64,000 nt of DNA from Patescibacteria group bacterium (GCA_038065315.1 JBBTRF010000002.1:12021-76020), one strand, 5' to 3'. Positions 38,838-49,037 are shown, counted from the stretch's first letter. Program-made: numbers and translations. Notes: generated from the letters alone by a model not told the origin.

Positions 38838-41402
38838 ATGAAACCGAGCTTCTTAGAGCGATTTGGCAAGCTATTTGGCGACGAGAACGAAAAGGCCTTG
38901 AAGAAGGTGCGTCCTTTGCTGCCCAAAATCAACGCTTTGGAGCCGGAAATACAGAAGTTGACCGATGTGCAGCTGAAAGCGAAAACTGCCGAATTTAAGG
39001 CACGGATCGCCGCGGGCACCACACTCGATGCACTTTTGCCCGAAGCTTTTGCCGTGGTTCGCGAAGCGTCGCGCCGTACCCTCGGCCAACGACATTTTGA
39101 TGTGCAGCTGGTGGGTGGTGCGATCATCCATGGCGGTGGTATTGCCGAGATGCGTACCGGCGAGGGCAAGACCTTGGTGGCGACCTTGCCTGCGTACCTT
39201 AATGCCCTCGCCGGTAAAGGAGTTCACGTGGTGACCGTGAACGACTACCTCTCGCGCCGCGACGCGGTATGGATGGGTAAAATCTATTCCTTCCTCGGCT
39301 TGTCGGTGAGCGTGCTCAATCATGAAGCGTCGTATTTGTATGATCCAGCGCATGTTGCACCGACACAGACTGAGGCAGAAGCGTTCGAGAAAAAGGAAAC
39401 CGAGCAAGGATTTTTCAAGGTGGTGCACGAATTCATGCGCCCATGCAGTCGCCGCGATGCGTACCTTGCCGACATCACCTACGGCACCAACCACGAATTC
39501 GGCTTCGACTATCTGCGCGACAATATCGAGTATGAGTCAAAAATGCTTCGTCAACGCCCACCGGCCTGCGCCATTGTCGACGAGATCGACTCTATTTTGA
39601 TCGACGAAGCGCGCACGCCACTCATCATTTCTGCACCAGCGCGCGACTCCGGAGAAATGTATGCGCAATTTGCGAAGATTGCTGCGACGCTTGAGCAAGA
39701 GACCGACTACACTGTCGACGAAAAATTCCATTCCATCGCTCTCACCGATGCAGGCATCACCAAGGCCGAGAAGGCGATTGGTGTCGACAATATCTATACA
39801 GAAAAAGGTATTGCGTATGTGCACCATCTCGAGACTGCGGTGCGGGCGAAGGCGCTGTATCATCGCGAGAAGGAGTATGTGGTGAAGGAGGGCGAGGTCA
39901 TGATCGTGGACGAATTCACCGGTCGTCTCCAGCCAGGCCGCCGTTGGTCGGAGGGGTTGCATCAAGCTGTTGAGGCGAAGGAAGGTGTGAAGGTGCAGCA
40001 GGAATCGCGCACGTATGCGTCGATCACGTATCAGAACCTATTTCGATTGTACCCAAAGCTTTCTGGTATGACGGGCACCGCGCTCACCTCGAAAGAAGAA
40101 TTTTTTAAAGTGTACGGCCTTGAGACGGTTTCGATTCCGACGCACCGCGAGATCACGCGAAAGGATCACAACGACCAGATTTTCCAAACCGAGGCGGGAA
40201 AATTTCAGGCCATCGCTCGCAAGGTGAAGGAGCTCAATACCAAGGGCCAGCCGGTGCTCATCGGTACTGTGTCTATTGAGAAAAACCAGCTCTTGTCGGC
40301 TTTTTTGAAGCAGGAGGGTGTGAAGCATGAATTGCTGAATGCGAAGCCCGAATACGCGGAGCGAGAGGGCGAGATCGTGGCGCAGGCGGGCAAGCGCGGT
40401 GCAGTCACCATCTCGACCAACATGGCCGGCCGAGGCGTGGATATCAAATTGGGCGGTGCGACTGCCACTCCAGCTGAATACGAAGAGGTGAAGGCGCTCG
40501 GTGGGTTGTTTGTGCTCGGTACCGAACGCCACGAGGCACGACGCATCGACAATCAGCTTCGAGGTCGTGCTGGCCGACAGGGTGACCCGGGTGACACGCA
40601 ATTTTTCGTGTCGCTCGAGGACAATTTGATGCGTATTTTTGCTTCGGATACCGTGAAAAAGATGATGGGCCGATTGAACATTCCCGATGATCAGGCAATC
40701 GAAAATATCATTATCACCAAATCGCTCGAAAGCGCGCAGACCAAGATCGAAGGTTTCCATTTTGACGCGCGAAAGCAGGTGCTCGAGTACGACGATGTGT
40801 TGAATCTCCAGCGATTGAGTATTTATGAAAAGCGCCGCAAGGTGCTGCTTGGCACGCAGGCCGATGTTGATGCCGCCCTCGACCAATATGTGGTTGAATC
40901 CGGATCCGTCGAATTGGCTGAGGCAATCCGCAAAGTGATCGCTGAGAAGCGCGAGAAGCTCGGCGAAGCAGAATTTTATGCCACTATCCGCCGCCTGCTT
41001 TTACAATCGACCGACCTTTTCTGGGTGGAGCATCTTGAAGCGATGGACTATATTCGCTCGAGCGTACGTTTGCGTGCGTATGGTCAGCGTGATCCGCTCG
41101 TGGAATACAAGAAGGAAGGTTTGTTGCTTTTCAAGCGCATGGAGCAAAGTGCTCGCGAGCAGGTGTTGAAACTCCTCCCAAACATTGGCGCCGGTGCCTT
41201 TGTTGCCGACGAAAAAGCGATGCGCGAGACGCAGAAGAAGATGCACTTGATCAGCGGCGACGAGTCCGCACCTGCCAACGCTGCTGGCTCGGCAAACTCT
41301 GGCAAGGTCGCTATTGGCGACGGCACCTTCGCTAAGGTCGGCCGAAACGACGATTGTCCTTGCGGTTCAGGGAAGAAGTACAAGAAGTGTCATGGTGCGT
41401 AA
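38838..41402 (+). CDS. secA: preprotein translocase ATPase SecA
   Basis: 854 aa; DEAD-motor, PPXD, HWD and C-terminal zinc-finger CPCGSGKKYKKCHG. Confidence 0.9.
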   Translation: MKPSFLERFGKLFGDENEKALKKVRPLLPKINALEPEIQKLTDVQLKAKTAEFKARIAAGTTLDALLPEAFAVVREASRRTLGQRHFDVQLVGGAIIHGGGIAEMRTGEGKTLVATLPAYLNALAGKGVHVVTVNDYLSRRDAVWMGKIYSFLGLSVSVLNHEASYLYDPAHVAPTQTEAEAFEKKETEQGFFKVVHEFMRPCSRRDAYLADITYGTNHEFGFDYLRDNIEYESKMLRQRPPACAIVDEIDSILIDEARTPLIISAPARDSGEMYAQFAKIAATLEQETDYTVDEKFHSIALTDAGITKAEKAIGVDNIYTEKGIAYVHHLETAVRAKALYHREKEYVVKEGEVMIVDEFTGRLQPGRRWSEGLHQAVEAKEGVKVQQESRTYASITYQNLFRLYPKLSGMTGTALTSKEEFFKVYGLETVSIPTHREITRKDHNDQIFQTEAGKFQAIARKVKELNTKGQPVLIGTVSIEKNQLLSAFLKQEGVKHELLNAKPEYAEREGEIVAQAGKRGAVTISTNMAGRGVDIKLGGATATPAEYEEVKALGGLFVLGTERHEARRIDNQLRGRAGRQGDPGDTQFFVSLEDNLMRIFASDTVKKMMGRLNIPDDQAIENIIITKSLESAQTKIEGFHFDARKQVLEYDDVLNLQRLSIYEKRRKVLLGTQADVDAALDQYVVESGSVELAEAIRKVIAEKREKLGEAEFYATIRRLLLQSTDLFWVEHLEAMDYIRSSVRLRAYGQRDPLVEYKKEGLLLFKRMEQSAREQVLKLLPNIGAGAFVADEKAMRETQKKMHLISGDESAPANAAGSANSGKVAIGDGTFAKVGRNDDCPCGSGKKYKKCHGA

Positions 41403-41574
41403 GAGAGTCATAAATGGTAAGCCAACACTCCTGCCCGGCGGCCGCTCGCTCGAGCACTTGTCGCATTTTTGGTGTGCGGCGTGCAAGAAGTGGTGGAGTA
41501 TTGGCGACGCACCGATAAAGCGCGTACAATGGTACTGTCCGTGGTGCGGGGTGGCGAATAGCTATAAAAAGTAA
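41392..41574 (+). CDS. small 4-Cys zinc-ribbon protein (hypothetical)
   Basis: 60 aa, CAACKK...CPWC; overlaps secA 3' end by 11 nt and its stop overlaps cls ATG (TAATG). Confidence 0.3.
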   Translation: MVRKRVINGKPTLLPGGRSLEHLSHFWCAACKKWWSIGDAPIKRVQWYCPWCGVANSYKK

Positions 41575-42659
41575 TGTCTGAACAAACTCACGACTGGAAA
41601 TTCTATCTCACCTCCGCGGAGGCGTGGGAGGGGATGCTCGCGGCTTGTGAGGCGGCAAAGACCGCGATCGATTTTGAGGAGTTTATTTTTGAAAATGATG
41701 CGATCGGTGCGCGCTTTGCGGACGTGCTTTCCCGCAAAGCGCGCGAAGGAGTGCGTGTTCGCCTGCTTCTCGATATGGTGGGCAGCATTTTTCTGCTCGG
41801 CGCGCCGATCGTGAATCAAATGCGCGACGCAGGTGTCGAGGTGGTCTTTTTCAGCCCCGTCCGCCCTTGGAAATTTCTCCGATTCAAAGTCTGGCTGCTG
41901 CGCGACCATCGCAAGCTCATGGTGGTGGATCGTCATGTCGGTTTTGTCGGCGGCGTCTGTATTGGCGATGCTTTTGCACATTGGCGCGATACCCAGGTAC
42001 GGATCGAGGGGAATATCGTGGTGCATCTACAAGAAGCTTTTGATCATATGTGGTGGACAGGGAAGAAGGATTCAGAAAAAGTCTTTCGTTTTCCGGAGCA
42101 TCGCACGACCGAAGATGGTTTCCGCTTGCTCACCAATGCGCCCCATGCGCGCCAGCGTTTTATCAACTCCACCTTTGTCGACGTGATGCGCAATGCGAAA
42201 CGTTCCCTCTACCTCACCACGCCGTATTTCGTGCCCGATCGAAAATTCTTCCGCGTGTTGCGCCTCGCGGCTCGCCGTGGCACCGATGTGCGCCTGTTGG
42301 TACCGGAGAAATCCGATCATCCGTATGTCGATCTCGCTTCGAATGCCCACTTCCGAAAAGCCTTGAAATCCGGCGTGCGCATCTATCGGTATCCGAAGGT
42401 GATGATCCATGCCAAGACGATGGTGGTGGACGACGAATGGTGTTCGGTTGGCAGTGCAAACCTCGATAACCTCAGTTCTTTTTCCAATTATGAACTAAAT
42501 CTCACCTCGACCGACCGGCGATTTGTCGAAGAGCTCCGTAACCAATTTTTGGGCGATATCGCCGGCGCAAAAGAGGTGAAAGCTGAAGAGTGGAGGAACC
42601 GTCCAGGTATTCTGAAAGTCCTCGAAGGCATCTGTTTGCCGTTCGGTCGGTTTTTTTAG
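41574..42659 (+). CDS. cls: phospholipase D family protein / cardiolipin synthase-like (two HKD motifs)
   Basis: HRKLMVVD (HKD 1) and HAKTMVVDDEWCSVGSANLD (HKD 2). Confidence 0.75.
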   Translation: MSEQTHDWKFYLTSAEAWEGMLAACEAAKTAIDFEEFIFENDAIGARFADVLSRKAREGVRVRLLLDMVGSIFLLGAPIVNQMRDAGVEVVFFSPVRPWKFLRFKVWLLRDHRKLMVVDRHVGFVGGVCIGDAFAHWRDTQVRIEGNIVVHLQEAFDHMWWTGKKDSEKVFRFPEHRTTEDGFRLLTNAPHARQRFINSTFVDVMRNAKRSLYLTTPYFVPDRKFFRVLRLAARRGTDVRLLVPEKSDHPYVDLASNAHFRKALKSGVRIYRYPKVMIHAKTMVVDDEWCSVGSANLDNLSSFSNYELNLTSTDRRFVEELRNQFLGDIAGAKEVKAEEWRNRPGILKVLEGICLPFGRFF

Positions 42660-42841
42660 CTTCCCGCCAAGGGGAAACTGACCTGAACAGGGGGGCGGCG
42701 CAGTGAAAAAGAGTACCCGCGGATTTTTCATACTTTTCTCATACTTTCGTATGAAAAATCCGCACCTACGCAAAAACGCCTCGCCGCCCAGTCCCATTTT
42801 GATACTCACGGCCTACTCGTCAAAACTTTTTTGCTCACTGA

Positions 42842-44227
<1,386 letters not shown>

Positions 44228-44250
44228 ACTAGAAGGGGCTTTTTAGGCGC

Positions 44251-44278
44251 TTGCATTTATTTTTGGCTGTCCTATAAT
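44251..44278 (+). promoter_or_regulatory. near-consensus sigma70 promoter (TTGCAT-16-TATAAT) whose predicted TSS coincides with first tandem repeat
   Basis: TTGCAT 44251-44256, TATAAT 44273-44278; +1 predicted about 44285. Confidence 0.5.
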
Positions 44279-44284
44279 TAGTCC

Positions 44285-44448
44285 ACTCTAGCCGTAAATC
44301 CGGCTCCCGAGATTCCTCCCAGCGATGGGATGTTTCGCCAAGCGTTTCGCAACAAGGCCTTCACCTTTTACTTCAGGCATCTTGCGACAACGTAACTCTA
44401 GCCGTAAATCCGGCTCCCGAGATTCCTCCCAGCGATGGGAGGTTTCGC
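44285..44448. repeat. tandem direct repeat, 2 x 54 bp, period 110 bp
   Basis: directly visible in sequence; single t/g difference at unit position 47. Confidence 0.85.
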
Positions 44449-44454
44449 TTTTAT
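44285..44454 (+). ncRNA. candidate about 170-nt small RNA composed of two 54-nt structured direct repeats, ending in intrinsic terminator
   Basis: repeat 1 44285-44338, repeat 2 44395-44448 (53/54 identical); each unit folds AGCCG-uaaauc-CGGCU and CCUCCCA-GCGA-UGGGAGG (GNRA loop); repeat-2 hairpin is perfect and followed by UUUCGCUUUUAU. Confidence 0.4.
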
Positions 44455-44849
44455 AGGCTTCTACGCACTTTCTCTAAGAGTTGTTGAAAAGGGGCCGGTT
44501 CCATTCTCCACATTATTCTCGAAAGTCTTCGAGCACTTATCGTTCTCAGTTGAGAAAAAATAATGCCGTAGTAAATTCCGTCATGGGTGTGTCCATATAT
44601 GTACTGCCCATCTCTCTCCTTGCTTGTTGTCGGAGCGATAAGGAGCTTGTCTCTATTGTACTTCTTCAACACAATTACCGGTCTTTCAAATTTTTCATGT
44701 TTTCCATCTTCTTCTCTCCCGATATTCACCCCTAGACTAGCCCACCACACCTCGCCCTCCTTGAACGGTGTAAAAATTTCAGTTGCGTCCAACGTTTTCT
44801 TTATCGTATTCCACCTGTCGAAATCTTTTTTGTATCCTAGGTCGTCCAT
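44451..44849 (-). CDS. PemK/MazF-family endoribonuclease toxin (orphan; no adjacent protein antitoxin)
   Basis: 132 aa; GEVWWASLGVN...ERPVIVLKKY...LLIAPTTSK...IFSQLRTISARRL matches MazF/PemK core motifs. Confidence 0.5.
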   Translation of the reverse strand: MDDLGYKKDFDRWNTIKKTLDATEIFTPFKEGEVWWASLGVNIGREEDGKHEKFERPVIVLKKYNRDKLLIAPTTSKERDGQYIYGHTHDGIYYGIIFSQLRTISARRLSRIMWRMEPAPFQQLLEKVRRSL

Positions 44850-44920
44850 CTATTCAGCTTAGCAAAACACCGATAGAGAAACTGCCAAGAAAGGTTCAAG
44901 AAATCCCTAATTTCTGATAA

Positions 44921-44959
44921 AGAAAAAATAAAACCCGACGACAAATACTTGTCGTCGGG
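44921..44959 (-). terminator. Rho-independent terminator of GNAT gene
   Basis: 11-bp stem CCCGACGACAA/TTGTCGTCGGG with 4-nt loop, followed on minus strand by U-rich tract. Confidence 0.6.
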
Positions 44960-44965
44960 TTCGCC

Positions 44966-45538
44966 TCAAATGACGCCGGTCTTCTGATACTTCTTCCACA
45001 GCGGCAGCCAGCTTTCGCGAAACACCGCGAGCCAGATCTCGTCGTAGAAAACGCCATCCCGGAAGAACTGCGCCTTGCGACGAGCTTCTTCCCGATATCC
45101 GCACTTTTCGCTGTAACGCTTGCTCCGCCCGTTGAAGGCGAGCACGTTTGAGCTGATCTTGCGGAGTCCAAGGCGATTGAAGGCGTAGTCGAGCATCAGC
45201 ATCTTCGCTTCGCTGCCGTAACCCTTGCCCAAGTACTCCTTTTCTCCGATCATCGCGCCAGTGGTCGCGGTTCCGTTGATCCAATTGATCTGATGGATTG
45301 CCATCACGCCGATCGCCTTGCCGTTTTTGGTGGTAAGGATGAAGACGACATCGGTTTGCTTTTGTTCGGATACGCGCTCAAGCCATTTCTCTTCGTCCTT
45401 TTCCAACATCGGGAAATTGACCGCAAGGTAGTGATTTACTTCGGGGTCGTTGATCCAGCGCAAAAGAAGAGGGAGGTCTTTTTTGAGCGGGGGACGCAGA
45501 TTAACTTTTCGTCCAGCACGGAATACGAGTGTTTTCAT
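44966..45538 (-). CDS. GNAT-family N-acetyltransferase (RimJ/RimL-like)
   Basis: MKTLVFRAGRKVNLRPPLKKDLPLLLRWINDPEV N-terminus, GNAT acetyl-CoA motif KGYGSEA; start at 45538. Confidence 0.7.
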   Translation of the reverse strand: MKTLVFRAGRKVNLRPPLKKDLPLLLRWINDPEVNHYLAVNFPMLEKDEEKWLERVSEQKQTDVVFILTTKNGKAIGVMAIHQINWINGTATTGAMIGEKEYLGKGYGSEAKMLMLDYAFNRLGLRKISSNVLAFNGRSKRYSEKCGYREEARRKAQFFRDGVFYDEIWLAVFRESWLPLWKKYQKTGVI

Positions 45539-45892
45539 GGGATGTGTTTTTTGCAATGAACTACACGGCCGCAAGATCGCTCTTGCTTTTCGAACCGTAC
45601 TGAACGCGGAACAGAAAATCCCGACTTTCGTTCAGTCGGGATTTGTCTAAATAGTATTGGAGTCAGCGATTACTGATTACAATAGGGATTTACACACATT
45701 GCGACTGAATAAAACGGGCTGTCGGTGTCCTTTCGGGACGCGACGAAGACGCCATAGAGGGTGGCGTTTGGTCCGATATTCATATGTTCGCATGGGTAAT
45801 GCATGAGAGTATAATAGCACGGGTGTAAAATAAAGTCAAATACTTTACATACATTAAAAACCATGTTACGGTGGGTCCAGAAAGCTTGAATT

Positions 45893-46291
45893 ATGCCGAC
45901 ACTATACTCACTATCGACCACCATTCCTTTAGATGCCAACGGTAACCCAATAGGCGAAAGTGCCCCAACAACAGCAGAGATCCTCGCGACATCTGGTCTA
46001 CTCCATCTGTTTCTGGGCAGTAGGTTTCTGGTGGAGGACGATGGCGGAGTCCGGAGAGTTCAGGTTGACGAAATGCTGACATTTCCCCTGACTGACACGG
46101 TCAATTTTCACCCAAAAAGTGCGTGCCCTCAATTACTACTCCTTGCGAACCTGGTTCCATTACGGGAAGCCGAGCCAGCGATTGCGGACAGAGAGGCAAG
46201 AACATTTTGTCTCTGCGGAGTCTGTGTTGTATCACAGCAACAATTGAATTTTTACTTCCAAGAGGGAAGACTCAAAGTCCGCATCAGTTGA
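45893..46291 (+). CDS. hypothetical ORF in protein-poor region (doubtful)
   Basis: 132 aa, ends just before intrinsic terminator at 46310-46344; no homology, weak RBS. Confidence 0.15.
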   Translation: MPTLYSLSTTIPLDANGNPIGESAPTTAEILATSGLLHLFLGSRFLVEDDGGVRRVQVDEMLTFPLTDTVNFHPKSACPQLLLLANLVPLREAEPAIADREARTFCLCGVCVVSQQQLNFYFQEGRLKVRIS

Positions 46292-46309
46292 AGGGTTTGT
46301 GTCGAACCA

Positions 46310-46344
46310 CTCCTTGCCCCAGGCAGGAGCGGTTTTTTATTTAC
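46310..46344 (+). terminator. Rho-independent terminator
   Basis: bulged 8-bp stem CTCCTtGCC/GGCAGGAG followed by GTTTTTTATTT. Confidence 0.5.
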
Positions 46345-46455
46345 CTGGATCCTGTGCTTCCGAAGGGATGGATCGGGGTCGTGCAGGATTTTCAGACAAA
46401 GAAAAAACCGCGTGGCGCACTGGGCGTCACGCGGTTCGAGAGTGTCAGTCAGGCT

Positions 46456-46863
46456 TTACTTTTTCATGTCTTCATCAGGGATCAATTCAGCGGTCTGGAG
46501 ACACATGGGTGAATCGAAGCAGAAGTAGGTTCCGTCCTTGGACCGACCGAAGCTGGTGAGCCAGACAGTCACCCTGTCGCCAACCTGTAGCGGCTTGCCG
46601 CTGAAGGCGAGGGGGCGGTAGGTGGGGTCGCCGTCGGTCCAGACTTCGACCTGATACAGTCCGTGATATTCCACGACTCGGGTCACCGTACCGGTCTGGA
46701 CCTTTGGCCCGTAGATCGGAACAGACTTGGCGATGAGGCGGATCTCTTGTGAGGATTTGTCATCCGGTGCGAAATGCGCCCAGGCAATGAGAGTCAACAC
46801 CGCGGCGATAAAAATGCAACCGAACCGGGTGACAGAGCGGAATTCTTTGTCGAGAGTCTTCAT
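46456..46863 (-). CDS. small membrane-anchored hypothetical protein
   Basis: about 135 aa from MKTLDK; one N-terminal TM helix, beta-rich ectodomain. Confidence 0.35.
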   Translation of the reverse strand: MKTLDKEFRSVTRFGCIFIAAVLTLIAWAHFAPDDKSSQEIRLIAKSVPIYGPKVQTGTVTRVVEYHGLYQVEVWTDGDPTYRPLAFSGKPLQVGDRVTVWLTSFGRSKDGTYFCFDSPMCLQTAELIPDEDMKK

Positions 46864-47103
46864 GTGTGGAGTGCAAATGAACCGATACATACTGAGGGTA
46901 TGCGCCTTGTCGGGGTGATGGATTACTCTGCATCAACACCCTAACGCTGGTAGTATTATAGCACGCAATATGGCAAAAAGTCAAGGTCTGGGAAATGGCT
47001 CAGATGAAGGTTATTTTGCGCCAAAGAGAAAGAAAAAAGCGCGCAACCGGAGTTGCGCGCTTTGCGTATGTTTGGCCGTTTCCGACCTTTTGAGAAGCCG
47101 TAT

Positions 47104-48135
47104 TCACACCCGAAACGTATCGGCCTCGCGGGCGAAGCAGAGCTTGGTGCCGGGGAAAGCCTCGGCAAACTCCGCCTGCATTTCGGCTTCGAACTTGCGG
47201 AGGTCCGCATCAGGCCGGCTCGGATCGTGATGGCCGACGAGGATCGTGCCCGGCACGACTTCGCATTGGCTGAGTGCGGCGCGGAGCATGCCTGGTGTCG
47301 AGTGACCCCAACCTTTGCGGCTCATGGCCGGTCCACCGGCGATGCCTGCTTGGCCAGCATGCTCTTCGTCGCGATACTGCACATCGACATAGAGAATGGC
47401 AGCACCGGAGACAAACTTCGCGTATTCAGCACGATGAGTTTCGTCGGACAACTCCTCGTCGGTGGTGACGACCACGTCTCCGTGAGGGAGAGCGATGCGG
47501 AAGCCGGCGGCTTGGCCGGGATGATTCAGCGGCAAGGTCTTCACCGAGACATCGCCGACCTGCAGCGAGCTGCCAAGGGCGAATTCCTGGATCGAGTGCG
47601 TGATGCCGAAGGTCGCGGGCGAGACGGGCCAGGTGTCGGGCGAGAAGTCGCCAGCAAGCACTTCACGGAAGGAGCGGCCTGGCAGGATCGGCGTGTGGAT
47701 CGAGCGCACGTAGCCGTTCTTGAACAGCATGGTGTTGCTCTGGACTCCCGCACGATGATCCATGTGGAAGTGTGTCTGGAGACCGTTCACGCCGGTGACC
47801 TGGCGCTCGCGGAAGAACTCCGCGACGCGGGGGACGCCGGTGCCGTTATCGATGAAGATCCCCATGCCACCTGGCAGGACGATCCCGAGGGCCGTCGTGT
47901 TGGTGCCGAATTCGGTCCGAAACGAGTGCGGTCCGACCGGAGCTTCGTCCGCGATCGGGCCGGAGCTCATTGGGCCTATCGGGCCGCCATTGATTTTCAC
48001 AGCCGGTGCAGGGCTAGTGCCGCCGCAGCCGCCGATGAAGAAGAACGCGGTTTCCGATTGCGTGAGCGCCGGGAAGGGCGGGGCCGATACGCTGACGGTG
48101 GGGGCGAGACTGTTTACTGAGGCATTGGTGTTCAT
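47104..48135 (-). CDS. secreted MBL-fold metallo-hydrolase
   Basis: HFHMDH (HxHxDH) motif, downstream His/Asp ligands, signal-peptide/lipobox-like FFFIGGCGG; GC-rich; start MNTNAS at 48135 with AAGGA RBS. Confidence 0.6.
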   Translation of the reverse strand: MNTNASVNSLAPTVSVSAPPFPALTQSETAFFFIGGCGGTSPAPAVKINGGPIGPMSSGPIADEAPVGPHSFRTEFGTNTTALGIVLPGGMGIFIDNGTGVPRVAEFFRERQVTGVNGLQTHFHMDHRAGVQSNTMLFKNGYVRSIHTPILPGRSFREVLAGDFSPDTWPVSPATFGITHSIQEFALGSSLQVGDVSVKTLPLNHPGQAAGFRIALPHGDVVVTTDEELSDETHRAEYAKFVSGAAILYVDVQYRDEEHAGQAGIAGGPAMSRKGWGHSTPGMLRAALSQCEVVPGTILVGHHDPSRPDADLRKFEAEMQAEFAEAFPGTKLCFAREADTFRV

Positions 48136-48253
48136 ATGGTTTCCTTTCAATGAGCAACGGCGCGAGGGTTATTAGGTAGTATGTATTTGCTGAAACTCGC
48201 GCCGTTGTTCTGGGGTCATCGTATCGCCGAAGGGCAAGTGGCACAATACATTT

Positions 48254-48270
48254 TGTCGAATAATTCGACA
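48254..48270. promoter_or_regulatory. perfect palindrome TGTCGAAT-A-ATTCGACA overlapping -35 of trmB promoter (candidate operator)
   Basis: 8-bp arms, 1-nt spacer; extended -10 TGCTAGAAT at 48285-48293; ATG at 48300 implies near-leaderless mRNA. Confidence 0.4.
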
Positions 48271-48299
48271 GAAAATTGTGATGGTGCTAGAATAGCCTT

Positions 48300-49037
48300 A
48301 TGGCAACAGAACCATTGCAACTCATCAAAAACCTCGGCCTTTCGGACAAGGCAGCAAAAGTGTACCTGGCATGCCTTGAGCTCGGCGAGGCAACGGTCCA
48401 AGACCTCGCCCGCCGAGCAAAACTCAAGCGCACCACTATCTACTACACCCTCGAAGAGCTCAAAGATATTGGCGCAATTTTCCAGACCAAGCGCAATAAA
48501 AAGATCTATTTTCTTCCCGAAGAGCCGGCGAATCTGCTGAAGCATGTGCGCGAGCGCGTGTGGGATGTCGAGCGTTCCATCCATGTACTCGAAGAAAAGA
48601 AGCACGCCATCTTCCGCAAGCCACGCCTGTATTTTCTCTATGGCCCGAGCGGTTTCAAGCATGTCTGGGACATGATCTTTCAATCGAAACAAAAAGAATA
48701 TCGCATCCTCACCGAAGGTGTGAATTTTCTCGATTTCGTGAAGGAGCGCTATATCCTCGACGAGATCATCAAGAACAAAAAGAAGCTTGGCATCTCGAGC
48801 AAGCAGCTTATCGTCGATTCCGAATACGCCCGCGAGATTGTGGAAAAGGATCCGCAGGAAAATCGCCGCTCAAAGATCCTGCCGGCCAAGTATCAACTGC
48901 CATTTACTGAGGTGATCACCAAAGAATTCGTCGCTTTCATTTCGCCGCGCTGGGACAACACGCTTTTTGTCGTGGAAAACGAAGCCTTTGCGCAGACCCG
49001 CCTGGCGGCATTTGAGATGTTGTGGGAGAAGATGTAG
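48300..49037 (+). CDS. TrmB-family HTH transcriptional regulator
   Basis: N-terminal IKNLGLSDKAAKVYLACLELGEATVQDLARRAKLKRTTIYYTLEEL wHTH typical of TrmB. Confidence 0.6.
   Translation: MATEPLQLIKNLGLSDKAAKVYLACLELGEATVQDLARRAKLKRTTIYYTLEELKDIGAIFQTKRNKKIYFLPEEPANLLKHVRERVWDVERSIHVLEEKKHAIFRKPRLYFLYGPSGFKHVWDMIFQSKQKEYRILTEGVNFLDFVKERYILDEIIKNKKKLGISSKQLIVDSEYAREIVEKDPQENRRSKILPAKYQLPFTEVITKEFVAFISPRWDNTLFVVENEAFAQTRLAAFEMLWEKM

Noticed and set aside
38414-38998. 194-aa Pro/Arg/Ser-rich + ORF spanning murB-secA gap into secA
   Set aside because: Out of frame with secA start region, low-complexity, no signal; the 38314 frame is the only plausible small gene there
44285-44448. Tandem repeats considered as a CRISPR mini-array
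   Set aside because: Only two copies, 54-nt units, internal hairpins differ from CRISPR repeats, no cas genes or leader; better explained as structured RNA repeats
47053-48120. 355-aa + strand ORF antisense to MBL hydrolase
   Set aside because: Arg/Gly/Asp-rich, no start context; artefact of GC-rich island; the minus frame has the HxHxDH motif
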